From the IMG/VR virus record IMGVR_UViG_3300037418_002332: DNA of 64,000 nt; one strand, 5' to 3'. The notes beneath the pieces are model-generated. The model saw only the letters and a program-made list of their open reading frames with translations, made no database searches and was not told where the DNA came from. This stretch comes from a virus (Duplodnaviria > Caudoviricetes). Shown one piece after another: positions 55,179 through 64,000 of the stretch. Position 1 is the stretch's first letter. Every line of letters begins with the position of its first letter. Position numbers and translations under genes: made by a program.

Positions 55179-57710
55179 TTGTTCTATACAAATATTGAAC
55201 GTGCAGGTAATAACATCCTGACTCGTGGTTATGATGATCAAGGCAAACTGTTCTTTCACAAAGATGAAGACTTTAAGCCTAGAGTCTATATTCCCGCCAA
55301 TTCCGTTAATGCCAAATACAAAAGTCTGAAGGGGCAAGCTCTTGAGGCAGTTCAAGCTGGTTCACTTTCCGAAACAAAAGAATTCATTGATCGATACAAA
55401 AATGTAGATAATTTTGAAGTTTTTGGTCAAGAAAACTGGATTTCCAACTACATAGTTGACAAGTATCCAGGGAAAATTGATTACAACTATGATTTGATCA
55501 ATCTTGCATTTTTCGACATTGAAACCACGTGTGAAGAAGGCTTCCCAAATGTTGAGACAGCCAATGAAGAAATTTTGATCATTTCATTCTGGAACCGTGG
55601 TACATATTACATTTTCTCAACTGAACGTTATGGTAAATTCGTAACGGATAAACCAAATATTGTATCAGAAACTTTTCCAACTGAAGAACTCATGCTTCAT
55701 GCTGTTGTTGACTTTTGGTCAAAGATGGCATTCGACATCGTATCCGGTTGGTATTCTGACTTCTTTGATATTCCATATGTTGTAAACCGTATCAACCGAA
55801 TTCTTGGTAAAGACAAGACCAAGAAGCTTTCGCCATGGGGCATGATTCGTGATTTGACTATCCCAACTTTGAAAGGTGACCAAAAGTCATACACAATTGT
55901 TGGTGTTAATCATATCGACTACATGGCAGCTTACAAAAAGTTCTCTGGTGTTCAACTTGAAAATATGAAACTGGATACAGTTGGTAACCATGAACTTGGT
56001 TTGAAAAAGCTTGACTATTCAGAATTTGAATCAATGCGTGAGTTGTATCAAAAGGACTTTCAAAAGTTCTGCGAATACAACTTGAGAGACAACGAAATCC
56101 TAGTTGGTGTTGAAAAGAAACGTAACATCATCAAGATGATTGTCAGCCTTGCTTTGAACGCAAAGGTGAACATGGTTGACACTTTCAAGCAAACTGTGAT
56201 GTGGGATAATATCTTCTACAATCACTTGCTTGAGAAGAATATCATCGTCCCAAGAAAAGAAAAGCATGCAAACAGCGCTCCTATTCCTGGTGGTTTCGTT
56301 CGTGAAGTAAATCCAGGAATGTTCAAGTGGATCGTTTCACTTGACCTTGACTCACTGTATCCTCACTTGATCATGGGTACAAATATCAGTCCTGAAACTT
56401 ACAAAGGCATTTTCCAAGTTGATATTGAAGATTTGGCAAAAGGCAAAGATATCGACTTGCTTCGCTATTGTAAAAAAGAGAACTATGCGTTGGCCGGAAA
56501 CGGTGCAATGTTCGATAGATCAATTCGTGGGTTCATTCCTGAACTCATGGACGTCATGTATAAAGAACGTAAACAGTTCAAGTCTGAAATGTTGAAGACA
56601 CGTGATTATCTTGAAACTAATCGTGCAAATTTGTCAAAGGAAGAAATCAAGAAACTGGAAGATGAAATCTCCAGACTTGACATGTTCCAAAACGTTCGTA
56701 AGATTCAGCTGAACTCAGCCTATGGTTCATTGGCTCAGATCGGATTTAGGTTCTTTCAATATGAGTTGGCTTGTGCAATTACTTTGACAGGTCAAACAAC
56801 GTTGAAATGGGCAGTTCGTAAGTTGAATGAATTCATGAACAAAATCCTTTCAACTAAGGATGTTGATTATGTGTTGGCGGCTGATACCGACTCAATCCAC
56901 TTGAACTTTGAGCCTATTGTGAAACAGTATCAGTCTAAAAAGCCTGATGCTACACGTGAAGATATTACCAACTTCATCGACAAAATTGTTCAAAATAAGT
57001 TTCAACCATTCCTTGATGCAATTTATGAGGAACTGGCTGAATATTTGAATTCATATGAACAAAAGATGAAAATGAAACGCGAAAACATCGTTGATGTGGG
57101 AGTGTATTTGGCCAAAAAGAAATATATTTACAACGTGCTCGACTCAGAAGGCACTCGATATGCTGACCCAAAGTTGAAGGTCATGGGCCTTGAACTGGTT
57201 AAGTCAAACACTCCAGCTTTCTGTAGAAAGAAAATGAAGGAAGCTTGTAAAATCGTACTTGAAAAAAGTGAATCAGATTTAATCAAGTTCATTGAGGAAA
57301 CCAAAAAGGAATTCATGAAGTTGCCATTTGAGGATATCGCTTATCCTCAAGGTGTAAATCACATTTCCAAATACACTGATGCTTCTGGTGATTATGTCAA
57401 AGGAACTCAGATTTATGCGCGCGGCTCTATCATTTACAACAATTTGTTGAAAAAGAAGGGACTGACTAAGAAATATGAAACCATTGGTGATGGTGATAAA
57501 ATCAAGTATTGTTACTTGAAAATGCCAAATCCAATTTTTGAGAATATCATCAGCGTTCCATTTGCACTTCCGAAGGAACTTGGTCTTCATGAATATGTTG
57601 ACTATGAAACTCAATTTGAAAAAACTTTCATGAGTGCAATCGGACGTATTTGTGCAGCCGTGAACTGGCAATTGACAAAAGTTGATTCATTGGAGGATTT
57701 TTTCAATTGA
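55179..57710 (+). CDS. gp43: Family B DNA polymerase gp43
   Basis: FFDIET (Exo I), W.SDFFDIPY, DLDSLYPH.I...NISPET, K..LNS.YG, DTDS, KK.Y, K..GLE..KS.TP; uninterrupted 843 aa. Confidence 0.97.
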   Translation: MFYTNIERAGNNILTRGYDDQGKLFFHKDEDFKPRVYIPANSVNAKYKSLKGQALEAVQAGSLSETKEFIDRYKNVDNFEVFGQENWISNYIVDKYPGKIDYNYDLINLAFFDIETTCEEGFPNVETANEEILIISFWNRGTYYIFSTERYGKFVTDKPNIVSETFPTEELMLHAVVDFWSKMAFDIVSGWYSDFFDIPYVVNRINRILGKDKTKKLSPWGMIRDLTIPTLKGDQKSYTIVGVNHIDYMAAYKKFSGVQLENMKLDTVGNHELGLKKLDYSEFESMRELYQKDFQKFCEYNLRDNEILVGVEKKRNIIKMIVSLALNAKVNMVDTFKQTVMWDNIFYNHLLEKNIIVPRKEKHANSAPIPGGFVREVNPGMFKWIVSLDLDSLYPHLIMGTNISPETYKGIFQVDIEDLAKGKDIDLLRYCKKENYALAGNGAMFDRSIRGFIPELMDVMYKERKQFKSEMLKTRDYLETNRANLSKEEIKKLEDEISRLDMFQNVRKIQLNSAYGSLAQIGFRFFQYELACAITLTGQTTLKWAVRKLNEFMNKILSTKDVDYVLAADTDSIHLNFEPIVKQYQSKKPDATREDITNFIDKIVQNKFQPFLDAIYEELAEYLNSYEQKMKMKRENIVDVGVYLAKKKYIYNVLDSEGTRYADPKLKVMGLELVKSNTPAFCRKKMKEACKIVLEKSESDLIKFIEETKKEFMKLPFEDIAYPQGVNHISKYTDASGDYVKGTQIYARGSIIYNNLLKKKGLTKKYETIGDGDKIKYCYLKMPNPIFENIISVPFALPKELGLHEYVDYETQFEKTFMSAIGRICAAVNWQLTKVDSLEDFFN

Positions 57711-58102
57711 CACCTTTCTCGATAGCCGATGAACATGATTTGTTTGAACAAATACAGGATGGAGTGATGGCATTTTGTCATTCAAATGTAGTTCCACCAC
57801 TCCATCCACATGAACAACGAGTTATACAGTTGGCCCATGAAATGTATCATAGATTATTGACTTTCATTGACTTGGGTATGTTGGTCAAATATGATTCAAA
57901 CATCGGACTTGCCGGATATAATTCAAATGTTACTCCACTTTGTTCATATGATAGTGAACGGGTGATGGATTTCATTCATACCGATGTATGGAGAATGCAA
58001 TACAAATGTGTAATATTTGTAGAAGACTTCGAATTTTTGATTGAACCGTCGAGAGACAAAATACAGATGAGATTGAACTATGGCTATGAGCTTATCGACT
58101 AA
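57707..58102 (+). CDS. Hypothetical protein
   Basis: 131 aa; TTG overlapping the gp43 stop; no recognisable motif. Confidence 0.5.
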   Translation: MTPFSIADEHDLFEQIQDGVMAFCHSNVVPPLHPHEQRVIQLAHEMYHRLLTFIDLGMLVKYDSNIGLAGYNSNVTPLCSYDSERVMDFIHTDVWRMQYKCVIFVEDFEFLIEPSRDKIQMRLNYGYELID

Positions 58103-58616
58103 CAACGGAACTACATGGTTAGACAATTGGGTGAATGGAATGCAATATGATGACGATGAAAAACGACGGGGAGATTTAGCAAATGACTATCCGTTGCTCA
58201 CTGAAGAACAAATCACCCCATATATGTCAAAATGTATGGAACCTTTGATGGAACTAAACAAAGGTTTGTTCGCAAACGTGCAAGACGTTATGATTGATGA
58301 ATTTAAATACATTCGAAGAATGGTTAATTTCATGGCAGATATGGGAAATGTCCATATAATTGCTGATCAAAAACGACAACATACTCCATCATCAGTTACT
58401 TGGTTTAAACAAAATGGTGATAAGATTTTTGTTAACTTCATTATTCAAAAAACTGAAGTTTTAGCAGATATTTACAATGCGGTGTATGACTCAATCCTTA
58501 ATCATGAATCTATAATTATAGCAAATATCAAGCCACACGTATCAGAATACAACGCCATTACTGCTAGGGCAACAAAGGTAGAGTATCTATTTGCGATGGC
58601 ATCGATACCAAAATAA
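58080..58616 (+). CDS. Hypothetical protein
   Basis: 178 aa co-directional ORF filling the gap to uvsX; no recognisable motif. Confidence 0.55.
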   Translation: MAMSLSTNNGTTWLDNWVNGMQYDDDEKRRGDLANDYPLLTEEQITPYMSKCMEPLMELNKGLFANVQDVMIDEFKYIRRMVNFMADMGNVHIIADQKRQHTPSSVTWFKQNGDKIFVNFIIQKTEVLADIYNAVYDSILNHESIIIANIKPHVSEYNAITARATKVEYLFAMASIPK

Positions 58617-58630
58617 CAAAAAGGATAAAA

Positions 58631-59680
58631 ATGACAGACGACTTTTTCTTAGATCTACTAAACGACAATGACATCGAAGTTGTAGAAGACATTCCTGAAA
58701 CTGGATTTGTTGATACAGGTTCATATGCGTTGAACGGATTGATCTCTGCATCAATTTATGGCGGCATTCCAAATAATCGTGCAATCATGTGGGCTGGTGC
58801 GCCATCAGCAGGTAAAACATACTTCACACTTTCATGTATCAAAACATATTTGGACAAAGATCCAATGAACAATGTGATTTTCTTTGATACTGAATTCGCA
58901 CTTGAAAAAGAAATGATTGCGAAACGAGGCATCGATCCTAAGCGTTTCAAAATCGTTGACGCTGAATCTCTTCAAGACTTCAGAACAAAATCAGTCAAAT
59001 TCTTGGATGCTTTTGAAGCTGCAAAGAAAAAACCAAATGTCATGTTGGCATTGGATTCACTGAGCAACTTGGCAACCAATAAAGAAATCGCCGACGCTGC
59101 GGCTGGTAATGACGTTCGCGATATGACCAAAGCACAGGTCATTCGTGGTATTTTCAGAATCATCACCCGTAAACTCGGCAAAAATCAAATTCCACTTTTG
59201 ATGACAAACCATATCTACAGTTCAATGGATATGTATTCACCAGTTGTCATTTCAGGTGGTCAAGGCGCATTGTACGCAGCGTCAACGGTCGTAACTTTGA
59301 ACAAGTCTAAACTCAAAGAAGGTGCTGATGTCATCGGTAATATCATCAGGGCAACCACTTACAAGTCTAGATATTCAAAAGAAAACCAAAAGGTTGAATT
59401 GAAGTTGGACTATGACACCGGTCTAGATCGTTACTATGGTCTGTTACCACTTGCTGAAAAATACAATGTCATCAAGAAAGTTTCAACACGTTATGAACTT
59501 CCTGATGGCGCTAAAGTATGGGGCAAGGAAATCAATGAAAATCCTGAACAAGTTTTTACAAAGGATATTCTTGATAAGCTGGATAAGGTAGCAAAGTTGG
59601 AATTTGGACTTGGTGGTTCAACGGATGGTGAAGAATTCATCATCAATGAGGAAGTTGCCAAACAACAAGAGGCAGAATAA
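58631..59680 (+). CDS. uvsX: RecA-like recombinase UvsX
   Basis: DTGSY.LN.LIS.S..GG.P.N....AG..S.GKT.F, FFDTE.A, LDSL.NL, GRDMTKAQ-like RDMT.AQ, SGG.G..YAAS. Confidence 0.95.
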   Translation: MTDDFFLDLLNDNDIEVVEDIPETGFVDTGSYALNGLISASIYGGIPNNRAIMWAGAPSAGKTYFTLSCIKTYLDKDPMNNVIFFDTEFALEKEMIAKRGIDPKRFKIVDAESLQDFRTKSVKFLDAFEAAKKKPNVMLALDSLSNLATNKEIADAAAGNDVRDMTKAQVIRGIFRIITRKLGKNQIPLLMTNHIYSSMDMYSPVVISGGQGALYAASTVVTLNKSKLKEGADVIGNIIRATTYKSRYSKENQKVELKLDYDTGLDRYYGLLPLAEKYNVIKKVSTRYELPDGAKVWGKEINENPEQVFTKDILDKLDKVAKLEFGLGGSTDGEEFIINEEVAKQQEAE

Positions 59681-59683
59681 TAG

Positions 59684-61072
59684 TTGAAGACTACTTCACA
59701 AACTATCATATACAATCTAATCAATAATGAGGATTTCCATAAGAAAGTAATTCCGTTTTTAATGTCTGACTATTTCGAAAATGCTGGCGAACAAGTCATG
59801 TTCGATCACATTTACGCTTACAGTCAGAAATATGCCAAAGTTCCAACTTTGGAAGCTTTGTTCATTGAAATTGGTAACAATAAGAAAGTTACAGAAGGCC
59901 AGGCAGCGGAAGTTGATGGTCTTCTTAAAATCTTGAAGGAACCAAGTGAACCAGTGGACTTAACTTGGCTTGTTGAAAAGACGGAAGAATTTTGTAGAGA
60001 TAGAGCAATCAACAACGCGGTGATGGAGGCAATCTCCATCATCGACGGTGAAAACAAAAAGCTTGGAAAAGGTGCAATTCCTGATCTATTGAAACAAGCA
60101 CTTGCGGTTGGTTTCGATACAAGCCTTGGTCATGATATCTTTGAAAATGCTCCAGATCGTTGGGAATATTATCATCGAGTTCAAGAAAGAATTCCATTCA
60201 ATCTTGACTATTTCAACAAGATTACCAAGAACGGATTTGCTAAGAAAACGTTGAATCTTTTCCTGGCCGGAACGCACGTTGGTAAAACTGCAATAATGAT
60301 TCATCAGGCAGCTTCAAATCTGGCTGATGGCAAAACTATCGTCTATTTTACATTGGAAATGGCTGAAGAAGAAATTTCCAAAAGAATAGACGCAAACTTG
60401 ATGGGCTTGGATATCACAGATATCGAAACCATTTCCAAAGACCAATATTTGAAAAAGATTGGTCAATTGAAAGCCAAACATACTGGTCGTTTGATCGTTA
60501 AGGAATATCCAGTCGGTCAAGCGAATATCAATCACTTCAGACATTTTCTGAATGAGCTCAAACTCAAGAAGAATATCGTTCCTGATGTGGTGTATGTTGA
60601 CTATTTGAATTTGTGTAACTCATTCAGATTGGTAGGCAACAATTCAGCCAATTCATATACCATGATGAAGGCGGTGTCGGAAGAACTCCGTGGTTTAGCT
60701 ATGGAAATGAATCTTTGTATCGTATCCGCTTCTCAGTTCAATCGTGCAGGTGCGAATAACACTGACCCAGAAATGGGTGATATCTCTGAATCATTCGGTG
60801 TCGCGTTCACTGCCGATTTTATTGCGGCTTTGATCGTCACAGACGAATTTAAGGAGCAGGACAAGATGATGGTCAAACAGTTGAAAAATCGATACGATGA
60901 TATGAACAAAATCCCATCATTTTTCATAGGATACAAACGATCTAAGCAAAAATTCTACGATGCGGACTTGACTCAATCGGATGAATCACCTATAGTGACA
61001 AAGGAGACGCCAGTGTTTGATGCTGGCAAATTCAACACCAAAAAACCGAATTTAGGAGATTGGAAGCTGTAA
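59684..61072 (+). CDS. gp41: Replicative helicase gp41
   Basis: II.NLI.NE.F..KV.PF....YF, FC.D.A..NA, LA.T.VGKT, TLEMAEE.I..RIDAN, KEYP, DYLN, EELRGLA, SES.G...TADF, QLKNRY. Confidence 0.96.
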   Translation: MKTTSQTIIYNLINNEDFHKKVIPFLMSDYFENAGEQVMFDHIYAYSQKYAKVPTLEALFIEIGNNKKVTEGQAAEVDGLLKILKEPSEPVDLTWLVEKTEEFCRDRAINNAVMEAISIIDGENKKLGKGAIPDLLKQALAVGFDTSLGHDIFENAPDRWEYYHRVQERIPFNLDYFNKITKNGFAKKTLNLFLAGTHVGKTAIMIHQAASNLADGKTIVYFTLEMAEEEISKRIDANLMGLDITDIETISKDQYLKKIGQLKAKHTGRLIVKEYPVGQANINHFRHFLNELKLKKNIVPDVVYVDYLNLCNSFRLVGNNSANSYTMMKAVSEELRGLAMEMNLCIVSASQFNRAGANNTDPEMGDISESFGVAFTADFIAALIVTDEFKEQDKMMVKQLKNRYDDMNKIPSFFIGYKRSKQKFYDADLTQSDESPIVTKETPVFDAGKFNTKKPNLGDWKL

Positions 61073-61260
61073 TGTACAAGATCATCAAAAATTCTGCTGG
61101 AAAATTCGATTTGATTGAGCTCGCTACTGAGCAAGTGGTCGGAGTGTTTGATGACCATGGTGCTGCAAAAAAGCAGTACAATCGGTTCAAGGGTGGAGTG
61201 GCGTTCAATGGATGGACGCCATCTTTCTTTTTGATTAATGTAATGGAGTATACAAAATGA
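61072..61260 (+). CDS. Small conserved hypothetical protein
   Basis: 62 aa from ATG 61072 overlapping the gp41 stop; F.GG..F.GWTP.F motif. Confidence 0.65.
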   Translation: MYKIIKNSAGKFDLIELATEQVVGVFDDHGAAKKQYNRFKGGVAFNGWTPSFFLINVMEYTK

Positions 61261-61802
61261 AAACATATGCTGGTATTGGGTCAAGGGAAACACCAGAGGA
61301 TGTTTGTTTGATCATGAAGAATTTGGCCACCAAGCTTGAAGCTTTTGGTTACACGCTTCGCAGTGGTGGTGCGGAAAAAGCTGATCAGGCATTCGCATCT
61401 GGCGTGACAAAGAAATCAAATATGCAAATCTTCCTCCCTTGGCGCGGCCATAATGCGATTGATTCGATTTACACCGAACCATCCGAGGAAGCTATGGAAT
61501 TGGCGGAAGCTTATCATCCTGCTTGGAACAAGATGGGTGAACGAGGCAAATTGCTTCAAGGTCGAAACAGCCATATCATCCTGGGTGAAAATCTCGATGA
61601 TCCTGTTGATTTCGTGATCTGCTGGACCCAAAATGGTGGAGTCATGGGCGGCACAGGCCAAGGGATGCGAATTGCCAATTCAAAGAAAATTCCAATTTAT
61701 AATCTGCGTAATGAAGCAGACATTCAAAAACTGAGCGCATTCCTAGCAACTCTTACTGAACAAGCAGTCAAGGAAAAGGACGCCAAGAAAATTTGGGAAT
61801 AA
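61257..61802 (+). CDS. SLOG (DprA/YspA-like) domain protein
   Basis: YAGIGSRETP...GY.LRSGGA..AD.AF..G...LPW..H...A...HPAW...RN.H.ILG..L..PVDFVICWT..G...GGTGQ.MRIA....IP.YN. Confidence 0.75.
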   Translation: MKTYAGIGSRETPEDVCLIMKNLATKLEAFGYTLRSGGAEKADQAFASGVTKKSNMQIFLPWRGHNAIDSIYTEPSEEAMELAEAYHPAWNKMGERGKLLQGRNSHIILGENLDDPVDFVICWTQNGGVMGGTGQGMRIANSKKIPIYNLRNEADIQKLSAFLATLTEQAVKEKDAKKIWE

Positions 61803-61807
61803 AGTAC

Positions 61808-62494
61808 ATGCCAGTTTTGGGATACATTTCAGACCTTCATCTTGAATTTAGGAAGGATATGGTCAAGGACGGAGTTTCATTTGATGATGTTGTAATTGAT
61901 TATTTCAACAGCTTCACTGGAAAAATCGACTTTTTGATCATTGCAGGTGATATTCATTCGGATCAGAAAAAGCGTGAGAAATTTCTTTCACGTCTGACTG
62001 TACCTGTGAAATATGTCATGGGCAATCACGACTTTTTCAAACTGGAAGTGTATGACGATTTCTTTGATGAGGACGGAATCACCGGAGCAGGTCTCTGGAC
62101 CAACTTCAATAACAATCCGTTGAATGAAATCATTGCACGTGAACAGATTTGGGATTATCGTTGGATACCAAAATGGACCACTGAAAAATGCAAGGCACTG
62201 CATTTTGAGCAAATGCGAAAGATTATGGCCAGTCCATCTGAAATCGTAGTGACTCACTTTCCACCTTCATTCGGTTCAATCACTGATCGTTTTAAAGGTG
62301 ATCCATTGAGCACCGCATATTTCTGTAACAATCTTGATTCTCAGATTTTAGGATCAAACAAAAAGTTGTGGATTCACGGTCACGTTCATTCGGATCACGA
62401 TTATATGATCGGTGATTGTCGAGTGGTTTGTAATGCGATGGGATATCCTAATGAGTTGCACAAAAGACAAGAGATAAAAATCATAGATATTTAA
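61808..62494 (+). CDS. Calcineurin-like metallophosphoesterase
   Basis: SDLHLE, AGDI, GNHDF, VVTHFPP, WIHGH.H, N..GY. Confidence 0.85.
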   Translation: MPVLGYISDLHLEFRKDMVKDGVSFDDVVIDYFNSFTGKIDFLIIAGDIHSDQKKREKFLSRLTVPVKYVMGNHDFFKLEVYDDFFDEDGITGAGLWTNFNNNPLNEIIAREQIWDYRWIPKWTTEKCKALHFEQMRKIMASPSEIVVTHFPPSFGSITDRFKGDPLSTAYFCNNLDSQILGSNKKLWIHGHVHSDHDYMIGDCRVVCNAMGYPNELHKRQEIKIIDI

Positions 62495-62576
62495 AGATTT
62501 TACTTTTCTTTTTGAATCAATTCAGCTACAAGTGAATTGTAAGGTGAATTTTAACTCGAAAGCGGAGTTTTTGAAT

Positions 62577-62771
62577 ATGTCGGTTGTTAATGCTGCTAAG
62601 CGCGAAAATGCTGAAGTCCAGGACCTGGTTCGTGACTTCGTTATGAACGGTGGAAAGATTTCTGTCGGCAAGTCGAAGCGTAAGCTTCCCAAGTATCTCC
62701 GCTACAATGGTGCTACCGCCAACGGTAAGAATCATGCTCCGACTTTCAATCCTCTGAAGCACGCTGTCTGA
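62577..62771 (+). CDS. Small basic hypothetical protein (64 aa)
   Basis: ATG after GGAG; V.DFV..GGKI.V motif; followed by a terminator. Confidence 0.6.
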   Translation: MSVVNAAKRENAEVQDLVRDFVMNGGKISVGKSKRKLPKYLRYNGATANGKNHAPTFNPLKHAV

Positions 62772-62791
62772 GAATTGCGAACACTATATAA

Positions 62792-62817
62792 AGGGTGTCA
62801 GCTTCGGTTGACACCCT
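62792..62817 (+). terminator. Intrinsic terminator-like hairpin (UUCG loop)
   Basis: AGGGTGTCAGC-TTCG-GTTGACACCCT. Confidence 0.75.
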
Positions 62818-62839
62818 AAATCTTTAGGGGAATCGCGTT

Positions 62840-63247
62840 GTGAGTAGACATCGTCGTCATATTGACGAACTTTTCATGATAGCTCAAGATGTTGCGCCGA
62901 TCTCTGGATCGAGAATCGCAGCAAAGATAACAATTAACAACAAAGAAGTTGGTTTCGGCGTCAACAGTTATAAGACCGATCCACTTCAGAAGAAATATGG
63001 CAAGAATGACGATGCAATTTGCATCCACGCTGAAATTCTTGCCATTAAGAACTCATTCCGTAGAATTGAAAGGGATGAATTCAAAAACGCAACTCTCTAT
63101 ATTGCGAGAGCCAAGCGTGATAGTGACAACAAGAATTATGTTTTTGGTATGGCTCGTCCCTGTAAGGGTTGTATGCGGGCAATAGCTGCCTTTGAGTTTT
63201 CAAGGGTTGTTTATACATGTGAAAATGGAGAGATCGATATATTTTGA
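62840..63247 (+). CDS. Cytidine/dCMP-deaminase-fold zinc protein
   Basis: HAE...PC..C zinc motif (IHAEILAI; ARPCKGC). Confidence 0.8.
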   Translation: MSRHRRHIDELFMIAQDVAPISGSRIAAKITINNKEVGFGVNSYKTDPLQKKYGKNDDAICIHAEILAIKNSFRRIERDEFKNATLYIARAKRDSDNKNYVFGMARPCKGCMRAIAAFEFSRVVYTCENGEIDIF

Positions 63248-63296
63248 GTGCAGTGAAAAGTTTCTCTAAAACATAAAAACAAAGGGAGAAAACTTT

Positions 63297-64000
63297 TTGT
63301 CAACCGTAGAAGAATTACATGAAGCATTTGAAGCATACATTAGATATGGGTCCTACACAAAAGCTGCGAAAAAGCTTGGTATTGATTCAAGAACCGTAAA
63401 GCGTCGCGCTGTCAAATACGAAAACAGTCCTGAATATTCCACTTTCCGTCAAAACTGTCTCGACACTGGAACTGATCCAAACAAGGTTGCATATTATTGG
63501 TTAAAGACCGATGATGTGTCCTTGTTAATCAAGAACAACTCAATTCCAACATATGACGAAATCCGTGACGAAATGATTGCGGAATTCAAGAACCATGCTC
63601 CAGTTTACACACCAATCGTTCGCTCAAATGATGATGGTGAGCATTTGTTAGTTGTTGATCCTGCTGATATCCACATTGGTAAATATTCAAAGATTCATGA
63701 AACTGGTGCAGATTATAATATTGAAACAGCTGTGGAAAGAGTCCGCAAAGGCGTGACTTCATTGTTGACCAAGGCTGTTGGTTTTGGTGTAAAGAAAATT
63801 GTATTCGTCATTGGTAATGACGTTCTGCACATTGATTCACCTCATCGCAAAACGACAGCAGGAACTCCCCAAGACACTGATGGTCAATGGTGGGAAATGT
63901 TTCTCGAAGCCAAGAAATGCTACATTGCGGCCATTGAAGAAATGACCCAGGTTGCTGATGTCCATGTTGTGTTCTGCCCATCAAACCACGATTACACATC
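63297..64000 (+). CDS. N-terminal HTH plus metallophosphoesterase-like protein (partial, runs off the window)
   Basis: My translation from TTG 63297: STVEELHEAFEAYIRYGSYTKAAKKLGIDSRTV... then DPADIHIGK, IGNDVLH.D, PSNHD; GGGAG SD upstream. Confidence 0.7.
   Translation, partial: MSTVEELHEAFEAYIRYGSYTKAAKKLGIDSRTVKRRAVKYENSPEYSTFRQNCLDTGTDPNKVAYYWLKTDDVSLLIKNNSIPTYDEIRDEMIAEFKNHAPVYTPIVRSNDDGEHLLVVDPADIHIGKYSKIHETGADYNIETAVERVRKGVTSLLTKAVGFGVKKIVFVIGNDVLHIDSPHRKTTAGTPQDTDGQWWEMFLEAKKCYIAAIEEMTQVADVHVVFCPSNHDYT

Noticed and set aside
55179-61072. Introns or inteins in gp43, uvsX, gp41 (also gp17, gp23)
   Set aside because: All are continuous ORFs of ordinary length with no Hint or homing-endonuclease motifs.
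1-64000. Alternative genetic code
   Set aside because: Core genes are full length under code 11 and end in TAA, TAG (gp4, gp59) and TGA (gp44, dut, gp43).
1-64000. Numerous 60-190 aa ORFs antisense to or nested in core genes
   Set aside because: They are shadow frames of well-supported genes, with no SD or motifs.
1-64000. tRNA or other structured RNA genes of known type
   Set aside because: No cloverleaf or T-loop (GTTCRA) signature was recognised in the few intergenic gaps; tRNAscan-SE/Infernal was not run.

Overview
This window is a 64-kb segment of a low-GC, T4-superfamily myovirus genome. The gene set and order (def, cobT-like, cobS-like, gp45, gp44, gp62, regA, gp43, uvsX, gp41) resemble marine/alphaproteobacterial T4-like phages rather than coliphage T4; the host cannot be determined from sequence alone. 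1-11.3 kb (minus strand): baseplate module (gp7 partial, gp6, gp25, PAAR, two apparently inactive hydrolase homologues, gp5 with two peptidoglycan-hydrolase domains, hub, gp53, gp48). 11.4-16.5 kb (plus): gp4, gp2, gp54, gp26/gp51-like, a membrane protein and a tape-measure-like protein. 16.5-19.0 kb (minus): gp32, gp59, gp33 and a nucleotidyltransferase-like gene. 19.1-41.5 kb (plus): gp17, gp18, gp19, gp20, gp21, gp22, gp23 and gp3, interrupted by accessory genes that include a 2616-aa repeat/propeller protein. 41.8-64 kb (plus): recombination, late transcription and replisome genes plus nucleotide-metabolism accessories. TATAAATA-type late promoters and intrinsic terminators are evident. 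No tRNA, CRISPR array, integrase, reverse transcriptase, intron or intein was seen. Strongest leads: (1) a probable -1 ribosomal frameshift at U UUU UUA that fuses the gp26-like and gp51-like ORFs upstream of the tape-measure gene, like lambda G/GT; (2) two homologous non-coding elements 40 kb apart, one next to five 12-bp iteron-like repeats; (3) putative prohead-packaged polyproteins made of basic modules separated by acidic linkers ending in gp21-type (L/I)xE sites. All product calls come from motif recognition and synteny; no database search was run.
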